Shown here: one piece after another, positions 7,457-16,853 of the stretch | Layout of the letters: the number at the start of each line of letters is the position of its first letter | Position numbering within the stretch: the stretch's first letter is position 1 | Origin: Acidobacteriota bacterium | GTDB taxonomy: Bacteria > Acidobacteriota > Blastocatellia > Pyrinomonadales > Pyrinomonadaceae | DNA length: 64,000 nucleotides | Direction of reading: 5' to 3' | NCBI GenBank assembly: GCA_020200155.1 | Contig: JAIVJG010000160.1 | Location: 130-64,129, forward strand | Notes under the pieces: model-generated | Told to the model about the DNA's origin: nothing | The model's input: only the letters and a program-made list of their open reading frames with translations | The model's database searches: none | Translations under genes and position numbers: made by a program

Positions 7457-8494
7457 TTATCCACCTCGTTTATTTTCTTCGGCGGCCAGCGCGCGTGCGA
7501 TTTCGTCAAGCGCCCGCGCATCCGCCACGCCGCCCTCTTTCGCCAGCCGCAGAGAATGTCGTCCGAGCAGCGCGTAGACGGCGAGCGGCTCATCATCCGG
7601 CAGCTTTTTGAGCGCGTCAAGATGCCTGCGCACGGTCGCCGCGTCGGCGCGCGCGAAAGTGCCTGTGAGCGCGCGGGCGGGCGTCCACGTCGAAAGGTTT
7701 TCGAGCGTGCTGCCGAGCAAAGGCAGGAGCACTTCGCATGCTCTCTTCTCCGGGAGGCCGCAACGCGCGAGCAAGTTGGCGGCGATGTCAAAGAGCGACA
7801 CCGTATGCCCGGAGGCCAACACCGCCGCCGCGTGATAGAGCGCCTTGTCGCGCGTCTCGACGGAAAAACTCTGCCCGCCGAGATCGCGCACGATCCCGCG
7901 CGCCGCGCGCACCGCCCGCCGGTCGCCTTCGACGCAGTAGAAGGCCGCGCGCAGACTCTCCGCACCGGCGACCGGATCGCTCACCGCAACCAGCGGGTGC
8001 ATCGAGCCGACCGCGACGCCGTGTGCGCGCAAAGGCGACAGCGCGTCCGACGAGAGCGCGCCGCTCGCGTGCAGCGCGACACGCACGCGCTTCGTCGTGC
8101 CGACAACTTCAGCGAGCCGCGCGGCGACTTCTGTGACAAGGTCGTCCGGCGTGGTGATGAGCAGCAGGTCTGCCGGCGGCAGTTGTTCGAGACGGGCCGC
8201 GCTGAGTGCGAGAGGCCGAGCGGCGTCTGTCGCTCCGGCAAGCGTCGCGGCCCTCCGCGCGTGGCGCACGTCGCGCGCGACGAGAGCGGCGACGTGATAG
8301 CCACACGCCGCCAGCGCGCGTGCCAGCGCAGTGCCGAGTCGTCCCGCACCGACAATCGCGACGCTCTGCGTTTGACACGCGCGACGCGGCAAGGGCAAAG
8401 AAGAAAGGGGAAAGGAAACTCGCCGCTTACGCGCTTCTCCTTTCCCCTCTCCCCTTTTTTCACGCCCTTCTTTTTCCTTCGTCCTACGGGCCAT
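7457..8494 (-). CDS. Rossmann-fold oxidoreductase-like protein with DUF2520-type C-terminal domain
   Basis: VAIVGAGRLGTALARAL dinucleotide fold with a DUF2520-like C-terminal half. The start is ambiguous. ATG 8494 has GGAGAG upstream but would translate a palindromic repeat element as MARRTKEKEGREKRGEGKGEARKRR. In-frame TTG codons at 8398 and 8392 would place the repeat outside the gene. Confidence 0.7.
   Translation of the reverse strand: MARRTKEKEGREKRGEGKGEARKRRVSFPLSSLPLPRRACQTQSVAIVGAGRLGTALARALAACGYHVAALVARDVRHARRAATLAGATDAARPLALSAARLEQLPPADLLLITTPDDLVTEVAARLAEVVGTTKRVRVALHASGALSSDALSPLRAHGVAVGSMHPLVAVSDPVAGAESLRAAFYCVEGDRRAVRAARGIVRDLGGQSFSVETRDKALYHAAAVLASGHTVSLFDIAANLLARCGLPEKRACEVLLPLLGSTLENLSTWTPARALTGTFARADAATVRRHLDALKKLPDDEPLAVYALLGRHSLRLAKEGGVADARALDEIARALAAEENKRGG
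8389..8481. repeat. Heptamer-built palindromic element (copy j)
   Basis: The 5' arm is AAGGGCA AAGAAGA AAGGGGA AAGGAAA and the 3' arm is CTTCTCC TTTCCCC TCTCCCC TTTTTTC. AGGGGAAAGG (8406-8415) pairs perfectly with CCTTTCCCCT (8439-8448). Confidence 0.7.
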
Positions 8495-11400
8495 CTCTCT
8501 CTCCTGCGAAGACCTCGATGAGCACGGGCTGCTCAGGCAGTTCGTCGAGCCACTGTTCGAGCCGCGAGCGCAACTGCTCACGCGTCAGCCGTCCGTACTC
8601 GCCCATCGGCGTGGCGACGCGCACGGGAGGCGGGGCCGCCATCCTCTGCAACGCACGCTCGATGAGCCGCACGTCGAGGCGCGTCAGATGTTCCGGCACG
8701 TTCTTTTGCGCGAAAGCCTTCGAGAGCGTGCGCGCGTGTTGCGTCGTCTCCGCGTCCTCATCCTTGCGCGCAAGCGCGTCGAGGGCAATCGCCAGATGGT
8801 CGCTCAACAGCGACAGCGTCCGGCGGTAAACTTCCAGCCCGCGCTCCATCGTCTCTTCCAACTCACGCGGCAGCGCCTCCAGCTCGGCCTCCAACGCCAG
8901 CCGGAACGAGCAGGCGCAGGCGGGATGCGTTTCGAGCAGTTGCCGCGCGGCGAAATCGCAGCGCGAGTCCGACTCAAGCCGCAAAAGCTCCGACGCCCTG
9001 TCCCATAAACTCCGGCTCACGACCGGCAGGCTTGAGAGCGCCTCGAACTGGCTCCAACGCTCTGTGCGCCTGAGCGTCGCGAGCCATTCCCGCTCGCACT
9101 CGACGCCGACAGTTTTATCATGAACGCCCGCGTAGTGCTCAACGTAACGCGCGTGGAACTCTCGCCAGAGCAGGTCGAAACGCTGCCAGGAGTCGAGCCA
9201 GCGCGACAGCGCCGCGCGCACAGCCGCGCGCCCGGAGGTAGTGCTGGCCGCCGGGAGTTCGTCGTTGCCAGTCAACAGGCGCGCCCAGTGCGTCAAGCTT
9301 TCCACGCTGTAGCGTGCGGTTTCGGCGCGGCATAAGCCCGCTACTTCGTCCCACTTGATGGAGCGCACAGGCGTCCGACGGCTGATGCGCTCGTCGCTCG
9401 TCGTCACGAGTTCGATGCGTCGCTGCGCTACGAGCGCGGCCAGCACCAGATGCTGCGCCTCGCTCAACAACCCATAAGGCTCGCCGCGCAGCGCCCGACG
9501 GACGCGTTCCAGCGACACGACCTGACCGGCCTCTCCTTCGGCCAGCGCGAGGACTTCCCTGTTCCAGGGCTGCGCGAGCGATTCGTCGCTCGTCTCAAAA
9601 GCGCAAGCCTCGCCTTCAATCGTCGCCAGACCGAGCGGCAGCGCGAACGCGCGGCACAGTCTCTGTGCGTCCGCCTCAGAGCTTTCCACGCCGCCGAAAA
9701 GTTTTTCCACCAGTTGCGTTACGTCTCGCTCGCCGAGCGTCTCTGTGAAGCGCGGGTGTTGCGGATAACGCTTGTCGAAGTGCGGCGCGAGCGTCTCGGC
9801 GAACACCGCGCCCAGCGTCCGCGCCGCGCGTGCCCTGTGCGTGAAGGACTCGCGCACGCCGTTGATGAAGAGCACGCTGTCGTTCACGTAGACGCGCGTC
9901 CAGATGCGCTCGGCCTGCGCGGCCAGCGTGTTCGTCGCGGCGCTGGCCGTCTCCCCGAATTTCGACCCGAACGCGGCGTCCGTGCGCAACGCGTGCAGGC
10001 GTCGAAGCGTCAACGCTTCCTCCGGCGTGAGCGCCGCCGGCTGCCACACGACGCGGACGGCCACGCTTGCGGATTCTTCGTCAACGTCCCGCGCCGCCTC
10101 GTCCTTCGCGTCGTGCTCCGAAGGCAGCGTACCGGGCGGAAGCATTAAAACTCCCCAGTCCGTATGCCTCGACGCGCTTTGAGACGCGCCGGCGGCTGGC
10201 GATGCCTGCGTGCCGCCGCTGTTGAGCGTCGGCCAGCTAACATGACCGGGCCGTTCGGAGCCGCGCCAGTTCAGGTGAAAGTTGACGCCCTCTTCATTCC
10301 CGCCTCTCTCGGCGGCCAGCGGCCAGTCCGCGAAGAGCGTGCGCGGGATGGCGCGTAGATGCTCAAGGGCCTGCGCCGCGTCGTCCGGCAATCCCTCGAC
10401 GTGCGCGTCGAGCGCGGCGTCGAGCGCCGCGGCGGGGCCGATCTGAAAACGGTAGCGCGTCTCCGCGCCGTCGCTCTTCGTGCTCGTATACAGCGTGCCC
10501 TCGCTCGCCACTTCCGCGAACCCCGCGAGGACGTTGCAGACGAACTCGGACGCATTACCCCCCAACGTCTCGTCCGACATCAACAGCGCCGCGCGCAACT
10601 CGCTGGCCGTCGCGCCGCGCCCGTCGAGCGAGAGGACGAAGAGGCTCTTCAAAATCAGGCGGGCCTGAAGCCGCTGCATGACCGGAACCTTCTCCAGCCC
10701 CTTCGACGCCAGATGATCGTAAGCCTCGAAGGCTTCTCGCAGTTCTTCCGACTTACGCAACTCGCCCTCGACGCTATCGAACACTTCGTCGAGCAGGATC
10801 AAAGAGAGCACGGGGCGGCCCAGTGCGCGCGCGGAGGCTTTGGCGGCGAAAGGCAGGAAGGCGAAGGACGACGCGTACAATCGCACCGACGCCGACACGT
10901 CCGCGACGAGCGGGTGCACGGGGTAGAGCGAGGCGAAGCGCGGCTCGCTCCAGTTGAACCCGTTGACGTTGGCGCGCAGGGAAAGATAAACGTCGTGGAG
11001 CATGTCGCGCGCCTGCGGACTCTTGCGTAGAAGATACTGCTCGACGATGCGATAGAGGTGTTCCGTGTCAACGTAGTCTATCTGGTACGTGCCGGAGAGC
11101 GCGACGTTCACGCCGTCCGCACCAGCGATGTCGTCGTCGAGCGCGAGGGCGACGAAGGCGTTGAGGCCCGCCGTCACCGCCTTCAAAGCGCCAAGTTGCG
11201 GCCCGTCGTCTCTGCACACGCGCGCCGGGCGGTTGAAAGCCGTATCAATACAGACGATCAGCGTCGCCTCGTTGGCGCGCGAGGCCGCGACCGCCAGCAT
11301 CTGCGCCGGATCGCTGCCCCACTGCACGTCGCTGCCGCCAAAAACCTTCGTGAAGGCGGCGGCCATCTCTTCGGCGAGCGTCGCACGCGTGCCACGCTCG

Positions 11401-11615
11401 ACCTGGACGACCCTGTAGCGGCGCTCCAACAGGCGGCGCGCACTGGTCGCGACGTGCGCGTCCTTTACCTCCCCGCGCAGCTTTTCCGACCCGGCCAGAG
11501 CGCAGAAGACCGCCAGCGTGTGGCTCTTGCCGACGCCGCGCGTGCCCGCCAGAGCACGCGCCGCCCCGCGCCCGCGCGGCAAATCCGCCAGCGCGTCGAG
11601 CCAGCGGGCCAGCAA
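8484..11615 (-). CDS. Large P-loop NTPase, BrxC/PglY-like (DUF499/DUF6079-type architecture), orphan
   Basis: 1043-aa ORF with Walker A GTRGVGKSH near the N-terminus, a Walker-B-like LIVCIDTAF, a 'LYPVHPLV' motif reminiscent of BrxC-type ATPases, and a long helical C-terminal region with C-x-C (HPACACSF). The family assignment is from memory. Confidence 0.75.
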   Translation of the reverse strand: MLARWLDALADLPRGRGAARALAGTRGVGKSHTLAVFCALAGSEKLRGEVKDAHVATSARRLLERRYRVVQVERGTRATLAEEMAAAFTKVFGGSDVQWGSDPAQMLAVAASRANEATLIVCIDTAFNRPARVCRDDGPQLGALKAVTAGLNAFVALALDDDIAGADGVNVALSGTYQIDYVDTEHLYRIVEQYLLRKSPQARDMLHDVYLSLRANVNGFNWSEPRFASLYPVHPLVADVSASVRLYASSFAFLPFAAKASARALGRPVLSLILLDEVFDSVEGELRKSEELREAFEAYDHLASKGLEKVPVMQRLQARLILKSLFVLSLDGRGATASELRAALLMSDETLGGNASEFVCNVLAGFAEVASEGTLYTSTKSDGAETRYRFQIGPAAALDAALDAHVEGLPDDAAQALEHLRAIPRTLFADWPLAAERGGNEEGVNFHLNWRGSERPGHVSWPTLNSGGTQASPAAGASQSASRHTDWGVLMLPPGTLPSEHDAKDEAARDVDEESASVAVRVVWQPAALTPEEALTLRRLHALRTDAAFGSKFGETASAATNTLAAQAERIWTRVYVNDSVLFINGVRESFTHRARAARTLGAVFAETLAPHFDKRYPQHPRFTETLGERDVTQLVEKLFGGVESSEADAQRLCRAFALPLGLATIEGEACAFETSDESLAQPWNREVLALAEGEAGQVVSLERVRRALRGEPYGLLSEAQHLVLAALVAQRRIELVTTSDERISRRTPVRSIKWDEVAGLCRAETARYSVESLTHWARLLTGNDELPAASTTSGRAAVRAALSRWLDSWQRFDLLWREFHARYVEHYAGVHDKTVGVECEREWLATLRRTERWSQFEALSSLPVVSRSLWDRASELLRLESDSRCDFAARQLLETHPACACSFRLALEAELEALPRELEETMERGLEVYRRTLSLLSDHLAIALDALARKDEDAETTQHARTLSKAFAQKNVPEHLTRLDVRLIERALQRMAAPPPVRVATPMGEYGRLTREQLRSRLEQWLDELPEQPVLIEVFAGERDGP

Positions 11616-12037
11616 GTCTGAAGTGAAGTCCGTGAAACGGTAGGCGGCGAGCGCCCGCGAGGGGTCTGCGGAGACGTTCCCCAGCTCGTCGAAGACGAAG
11701 CCGCTGCTATAATGCCTCGCCAGTCCCCATTCAAACGAACATCGGACAGAGCGGCAAGCCGCCCGGTTTAAGGCGCTACGGGCGTGAAAGTTGTCGGGAA
11801 CCCCGGCGCAACCTCTTGAGCGTCATGGCGCATCAAAGAGCTACACCCCCGCCACGGCTTTTCGATGCAAGCATCTCTTCGGCGGGCGAGCGTGCTTCTC
11901 TAATTCGGATGTGAGCTTTCGCCGCGCCCCTCGACAGCAGGGGATGCATGGGAACGTGGCTGTCATCAACGAAGCGTCCGCCCACACGCGGCCTTCCACA
12001 CGGTCACAGGCGTTGTAATTTTTGGAGGCTTTTCGCT

Positions 12038-13234
12038 ATGCACATGAAATTCTCCCGCACGTTCACCGCGCTGACACTCGTCTTCAGCCTGTGGGGCGGT
12101 TCGCTCGTCGCCTTGGCCTCGCCGCAGACGCAGCCGGCAAGTCAAAAGTCCGACGCCAAACAGTCGGGCGTCAAGGATAAGAAGGGCGCTGAACAGAGCC
12201 AGACAGCCTCCGCCAACGCGCAGACGAGCGACGGCAACAAGACTCTTTCCGAAAAAGAAGACCCGCGACTGATCGGCAAGCGCAACATCAATAAGGGAAT
12301 CATCGCTAAGATGAGCAGCGGGGTTGATAAGGAAGTCGCACAGGGGCGGCAGTTGGCCGCCGAAATTGACCGCACCGCCAAGTTCGTGGACGATCCCGTC
12401 ATCACGGAGTACATTAACCGCGTCGGCCAGAACATCGTGCTCCACTCGGACGCAAAAGTACCCTTCACCATCAAGGTCATAGATTCCGACGAGGTCAACG
12501 CCTTCGCGCTGCCCGGCGGTTTTTTCTACGTCAATAAGGGCCTGATCCTCGCCGCCGACAATGAGGCGGAGGTGGCCGGCGTGATGGCGCACGAGATCGC
12601 GCACGTCGCCGCGCGTCACGCGATGGAGAATCAGACGAAAGGCAACATCGCCAACGGATTACTGACCATCGGCTCGATCTTCCTCGGCGGACTGGGCGGC
12701 ATGGCGATTCTCAACGGCGCGCAGTTCGGCGCGCTGCTTGGTTTCATGAAGTTCAGCCGCAGCGCCGAGTCGGAGGCCGACGCCCTCGGCGTGCAGTATC
12801 TCTACGCCGCCGGCTACGATCCGAGCGCAATGTCCACGATGTTCGAGAAACTGGCGTCGAAGAACAAGAAGAAGCCCGGCACGATGTCCAAGCTCTTCTC
12901 GTCGCACCCGCAATCAACTGATCGCCTGGAAGCCTCGCGCGCACTCGTCGCGCGCTTCCCGGAACGCGAGGAGTACGTCCTCAGCACGTCGGAATTCCAG
13001 CGCGTCAAGAATCGCCTGCTCCGGCTCTCGAACGCTCGCGCGACGACCGTCGGCGACCTCGCTGCCGGAGACGATGGCGCGCCCGGACGACCGACGCTCA
13101 AGCGCCGTTCGCCCGCGCCCGACGACACGTCCACGACGACCGACGAACAGAAGCAGACTGAACAAAACGCCCCGCCCAAGCTCAAGCGGCGCAGCAACGA
13201 CGATCCGCAACCGCCCACCGGCGACAAGCCGTAG
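12038..13234 (+). CDS. Secreted M48-family zinc metallopeptidase
   Basis: ATG 12038 has GGAGG 10 nt upstream. It has a signal peptide (MHMKFSRTFTALTLVFSLWGGSLVALA) and the HEIAHVAARH (HExxH) motif. Confidence 0.85.
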   Translation: MHMKFSRTFTALTLVFSLWGGSLVALASPQTQPASQKSDAKQSGVKDKKGAEQSQTASANAQTSDGNKTLSEKEDPRLIGKRNINKGIIAKMSSGVDKEVAQGRQLAAEIDRTAKFVDDPVITEYINRVGQNIVLHSDAKVPFTIKVIDSDEVNAFALPGGFFYVNKGLILAADNEAEVAGVMAHEIAHVAARHAMENQTKGNIANGLLTIGSIFLGGLGGMAILNGAQFGALLGFMKFSRSAESEADALGVQYLYAAGYDPSAMSTMFEKLASKNKKKPGTMSKLFSSHPQSTDRLEASRALVARFPEREEYVLSTSEFQRVKNRLLRLSNARATTVGDLAAGDDGAPGRPTLKRRSPAPDDTSTTTDEQKQTEQNAPPKLKRRSNDDPQPPTGDKP

Positions 13235-13254
13235 ACGCAAAGAGGCATTAAACT

Positions 13255-13288
13255 AAAGGCTCTCCGCCCACTCAACCGGAGAGCCTTT
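13255..13288 (+). terminator. Stem-loop terminator after the M48 peptidase gene
   Basis: AAAGGCTCTCCG (13255-13266) pairs perfectly with CGGAGAGCCTTT (13277-13288), 12 bp with a 10-nt loop, followed by GGCTTATT. Confidence 0.6.
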
Positions 13289-13308
13289 GGCTTATTCGAG
13301 GAGTCCGT

Positions 13309-13722
13309 ATGCAGGAGGAACAAACACCGACGCCGGTCAAACAATTGGAGAGCGGGCGCATCCTCTACGTCGAAGACCACGACGACACGCGCGTCCTTAT
13401 GACCATCCTGCTCGAACGTGCAGGCTTCCAGGTAGTTCACGCAAGAAGCGGGGCCGAGTGCATGAAACTGGTCGAGAGCGAGCGATTTGACCTCTACCTG
13501 CTCAATCATACCTTTCCCGACGCATCCGGCGTCGGACTTTGCATGGCAATCCGTGAAAACGATCAAAAGACGCCGGTTCTCTTTTATTCCGCGCGCGCAT
13601 TCCCGAAAGAAAAGGAAGAAGCGATGAAAGCGGGTGCGCAGGATTATCTGATTAAGCCTCAAGACCTCTTCCATGTGGCCGATCACGCCGCCAGGTGGAT
13701 TGCGGCCAGTCGCAATCCCTGA
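13309..13722 (+). CDS. Stand-alone response-regulator receiver domain protein (atypical: Asn at phospho-acceptor position)
   Basis: 137-aa ORF with a CheY-like layout: acidic pocket [22 protein letters not shown] aligned with the D57 region, conserved Ser (FYSARA) and Lys (YLIKP). Confidence 0.8.
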   Translation: MQEEQTPTPVKQLESGRILYVEDHDDTRVLMTILLERAGFQVVHARSGAECMKLVESERFDLYLLNHTFPDASGVGLCMAIRENDQKTPVLFYSARAFPKEKEEAMKAGAQDYLIKPQDLFHVADHAARWIAASRNP

Positions 13723-13757
13723 AATCAAAACTGACCCGCGCCTTTATCCTCCGTAGC

Positions 13758-13787
13758 TTGACAACTTTCCGGGCCTTTCTGTATTCT
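13758..13787 (+). promoter_or_regulatory. Candidate sigma70-type promoter of the rplM-rpsI operon
   Basis: TTGACA (13758-13763), an 18-nt spacer, then TATTCT (13782-13787), about 45 nt upstream of the rplM ATG. Confidence 0.35.
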
Positions 13788-13829
13788 ACCCGTTCGCGTT
13801 TTAGACGCTTTAGATTGAGAGAGTTATCT

Positions 13830-14288
13830 ATGTCAACATACTTTCCCAGCGGGGTGGGCCTCGCGGAAAATCGCAAATGGTACGTCGTGGACGCGGCGGG
13901 TCAGACCGTCGGCAGGCTCGCGACGGAAGTGGCGCGCGTGCTCAGCGGCAAGAACAATCCGCGCTGGACGCCCTTCATGGACTTGGGCGACCACGTCATC
14001 GTCATCAACGCCCGCAAGGCCGTCTTCAAAGGCTCGAAGGCCGAGCAGAAGATGTACCGCCATCACACGCTGTACCCCGGCGGCCTGCGTGAAATCTCCG
14101 TGCGGGATCAGTTCGCCAAACACCCCGAGCGCGTCATCGAGCAGGCCGTCCGAGGCATGCTGCCCAAGAACAAGCTCGGCAAGGCGATGGGCAAGAAACT
14201 CAAGGTTTACGCCGACGAGGCGCACCCGCACTCCGCGCAACGCCCCGCAACGCTCGTGCTGGACGAGCGCGTGGCGGCGCAAAAATAA
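13830..14288 (+). CDS. rplM: 50S ribosomal protein L13
   Basis: [41 protein letters not shown]... is a typical L13 N-terminus. Confidence 0.95.
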   Translation: MSTYFPSGVGLAENRKWYVVDAAGQTVGRLATEVARVLSGKNNPRWTPFMDLGDHVIVINARKAVFKGSKAEQKMYRHHTLYPGGLREISVRDQFAKHPERVIEQAVRGMLPKNKLGKAMGKKLKVYADEAHPHSAQRPATLVLDERVAAQK

Positions 14289-14315
14289 CCCGCAGACTTT
14301 AAGGATAGAAGAACC

Positions 14316-14708
14316 GTGGCAGATATTCAGTATTACGGAACCGGACGGCGCAAGACTTCGACGGCGCGCGTCTACTTGCGACCGGGCAGCGGCGAGATCA
14401 AGATCAACCGCAAAACCTTCGAGCAGTACTTCCCCAACCAGGCGCTGCGGATGATTATCCGCCAGCCTCTGACGCTCACCGACACAGGTGCGAAGTTCGA
14501 CATCGTCGTCAACGTCGCGGGCGGCGGCCCTGCGGGACAGGCGGGCGCGGTTCGCCACGGCATCACGCGCGCCTTGATGGAGTACAACAGCGACCTCCGT
14601 CCAGACCTTAAGAAGGCCGGACTCGTCACGCGCGACCCCCGCATCAAGGAGCGCAAGAAGTACGGGCAGAAGGGCGCACGCAAGCGCTTCCAGTTCTCGA
14701 AGAGATAG
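14316..14708 (+). CDS. rpsI: 30S ribosomal protein S9
   Basis: GTG start; [19 protein letters not shown] ... [17 protein letters not shown] is a typical S9 sequence. Confidence 0.95.
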   Translation: MADIQYYGTGRRKTSTARVYLRPGSGEIKINRKTFEQYFPNQALRMIIRQPLTLTDTGAKFDIVVNVAGGGPAGQAGAVRHGITRALMEYNSDLRPDLKKAGLVTRDPRIKERKKYGQKGARKRFQFSKR

Positions 14709-14715
14709 TTTTCGG

Positions 14716-14796
14716 AATGATGTGTGCGGAGTGATGAACGATGAATTAAAAGCCGTCGCGCTTTCATCTTTCAGTCATCACTCCGCACTTATCATT
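14716..14796. repeat. Heptamer-built palindromic element (copy a)
   Basis: GTGCGGAGTGATGA (14724-14737) pairs perfectly with TCATCACTCCGCAC (14775-14788). It is flanked by AATGAT/ATCATT and GATGAA/TTCATC pairs. The arms read in 7-nt words (GGAATGA TGTGTGC GGAGTGA TGAACGA TGAATTA). Confidence 0.75.
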
Positions 14797-14912
14797 CATC
14801 GTTTCGCACAATCCATTGTCGTGTCCCGATTGGTTGCCTTCACGTTCGTTTGTGAAAGTCCTCTGGGATGCGGCGAGTACACTAAACCAATCCGCTAAAG
14901 AGGAGGCTACTT

Positions 14913-15980
14913 TTGGCAGTAACCGTGACGATGAAAGAATTGCTGGAGGCCGGCGTGCACTTCGGCCACCAGGTCAGGCGCTGGAACCCGAAAATGAAGG
15001 AGTACATTTTCGGCGAGCGCAATGGCATCAACATTATTGATCTCCAAAAGACGCAGAAAATGTTCCGCGACGCCATCTCGTTCGTCACGAGTCTGGCGGG
15101 CGAAGATCGCGGGCGCACGATTCTCTTCGTCGGCACTAAACGACAGGCGCAGGACGCCATTCGTGAAGAAAGCGAGCGCGCCGGACAGTTCTACATCAAC
15201 CAGCGTTGGCTCGGAGGCTTGCTGACGAACTTCCAGACCGTGCAGAAATCCATCAAGCGCCTGCGCGATCTTGAAGCGATGCAGACCGACGGGCGCTACG
15301 AGAAGCTGACGAAGAAGGAGCGCATCAAGCTCGACCGCGAGCGCGAGACGTTGGAGAGGAACTTTTCGGGCATCAAGAACATGAACCGCATCCCCGACGC
15401 GCTCTTCATCATTGACGTGCGTAAAGAAGAGATCGCCGTCGCCGAAGCGAATCGCCTGGGCATTCCGGTCATCGCGGTCGTGGACACTAACTGCTCGCCC
15501 GAAGGGATTGACTACATCATCCCCGGCAACGACGACGCACTGCGCGCCGTGCGCCTCTTCGCCTCGCGCATCGCCGACGCGGTGATCGAAGGCCAGCAGG
15601 CGGCCTCGAAGGAAGAAGACGAAGAAGGCGAGGGTGGCGGCGGAGCGACGACAGAGCAACCCACCGGCGCACCAACCGGCACGGAGCGACCTGTCAACAC
15701 TTCGCCCGTCACGACGCAACGCGACCCCGGCGCGCCCTCGCAGATGGCGGCGGACACGGACGCAGCCAGCACTCTGGCTGGCGGGCAGTCTTCCGTTCCC
15801 GGCAATCAGGGCTTCGGTAAGACGGGGCAGCAGCCTGACAGCCTCGGCGACCACGAGCAGATCGGCACGGGCGCGCCCGTCCCCGGCGCTACGGGCGCTG
15901 CCGACAACTCTACGGAGAGTCAGCCTCAGACTTCACCTGAACAGGACAAGAGCGTGGAGTCGGTCGGCGCGGCCAAGTAA
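14913..15980 (+). CDS. rpsB: 30S ribosomal protein S2 with about 110-aa low-complexity C-terminal extension
   Basis: TTG start 6 nt after [36 protein letters not shown] is typical S2. The tail is rich in E/G/T/P/Q. Confidence 0.93.
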   Translation: MAVTVTMKELLEAGVHFGHQVRRWNPKMKEYIFGERNGINIIDLQKTQKMFRDAISFVTSLAGEDRGRTILFVGTKRQAQDAIREESERAGQFYINQRWLGGLLTNFQTVQKSIKRLRDLEAMQTDGRYEKLTKKERIKLDRERETLERNFSGIKNMNRIPDALFIIDVRKEEIAVAEANRLGIPVIAVVDTNCSPEGIDYIIPGNDDALRAVRLFASRIADAVIEGQQAASKEEDEEGEGGGGATTEQPTGAPTGTERPVNTSPVTTQRDPGAPSQMAADTDAASTLAGGQSSVPGNQGFGKTGQQPDSLGDHEQIGTGAPVPGATGAADNSTESQPQTSPEQDKSVESVGAAK

Positions 15981-16063
15981 GGCGAAGCGGGAACAGCACA
16001 GATCACAACTTTCGGCGAGCGCAGCCTGCCAGTGCGGACAATCCGCCGGGCTGCGCATTTTTA

Positions 16064-16142
16064 TGATGCGGTGTGTTAAGCGTTGAATGATGAATGAACA
16101 GCAGCTTGTCTTTCATTCATCATCCGTCATTGCCGCATTCAT
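16064..16142. repeat. Heptamer-built palindromic element (copy b)
   Basis: GATGAATGAA (16089-16098) pairs perfectly with TTCATTCATC (16112-16121). An outer tier pairs ATGATGCGG with CCGCATTCAT. The word is TGAATGA. Confidence 0.75.
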
Positions 16143-16168
16143 CATTTTATCGAGGAGATAATCGAGTC

Positions 16169-16840
16169 ATGGCTGAGATTACTTCAGCGGCGGTGAAGTC
16201 ACTGCGTGAGAAGACGGGCGCGGGGATGATGGAGTGTAAGAAGGCGCTGACGGAGGCGGATGGCAGCGAAGCGCAGGCCATCGAAATCCTTCGCAAGCGC
16301 GGGATGGCGGCGGCCACGAAGAAGCAGGGACGCATCGCCGCAGAGGGCGCGGTCGGCTCTTACATTCACATGGGCGGCAAGGTCGGCGTCCTCGTCGAAG
16401 TCAACTGCGAGACCGATTTCGTCGCGCGCACAGAAGAGTTTCAGGCGCTCGTCAAGGACATCGCGATGCACATCGCGGCGGCGGAGCCGCGTTTCGTCAC
16501 GCGCGAAGAGGTCGCGCCGGACGTGCTCGACAAGGAGCGCGAGATCGCACGCGCGCAGGCCAAGAACGACCCGAAGAACGCCAGCAAGCCGGAACAGGTA
16601 ATTGATAAAATCGTCGAGGGGCGGATGAACAAGTTCTACGAAGAAGCCGTGCTGCTCGATCAGCCGTTCGTCAAAGACCCTGCGAAGACGGTCAACGACC
16701 TGCTCACAGAGAAGATCGCCAAGACGGGCGAGCGCATCACCGTGCGCCGCTTCGCGCGCTACAAGATGGGCGAGGGACTTGAAAAGCGCGGCGAGGATTT
16801 CGGCGGCGAAGTGGCGTCGCTCGCGGGCGGCAACCAGTAA
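16169..16840 (+). CDS. tsf: Elongation factor Ts
   Basis: [32 protein letters not shown] is the typical UBA-like N-terminus of EF-Ts. Confidence 0.95.
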   Translation: MAEITSAAVKSLREKTGAGMMECKKALTEADGSEAQAIEILRKRGMAAATKKQGRIAAEGAVGSYIHMGGKVGVLVEVNCETDFVARTEEFQALVKDIAMHIAAAEPRFVTREEVAPDVLDKEREIARAQAKNDPKNASKPEQVIDKIVEGRMNKFYEEAVLLDQPFVKDPAKTVNDLLTEKIAKTGERITVRRFARYKMGEGLEKRGEDFGGEVASLAGGNQ

Positions 16841-16853
16841 ATCCGCAACTACC

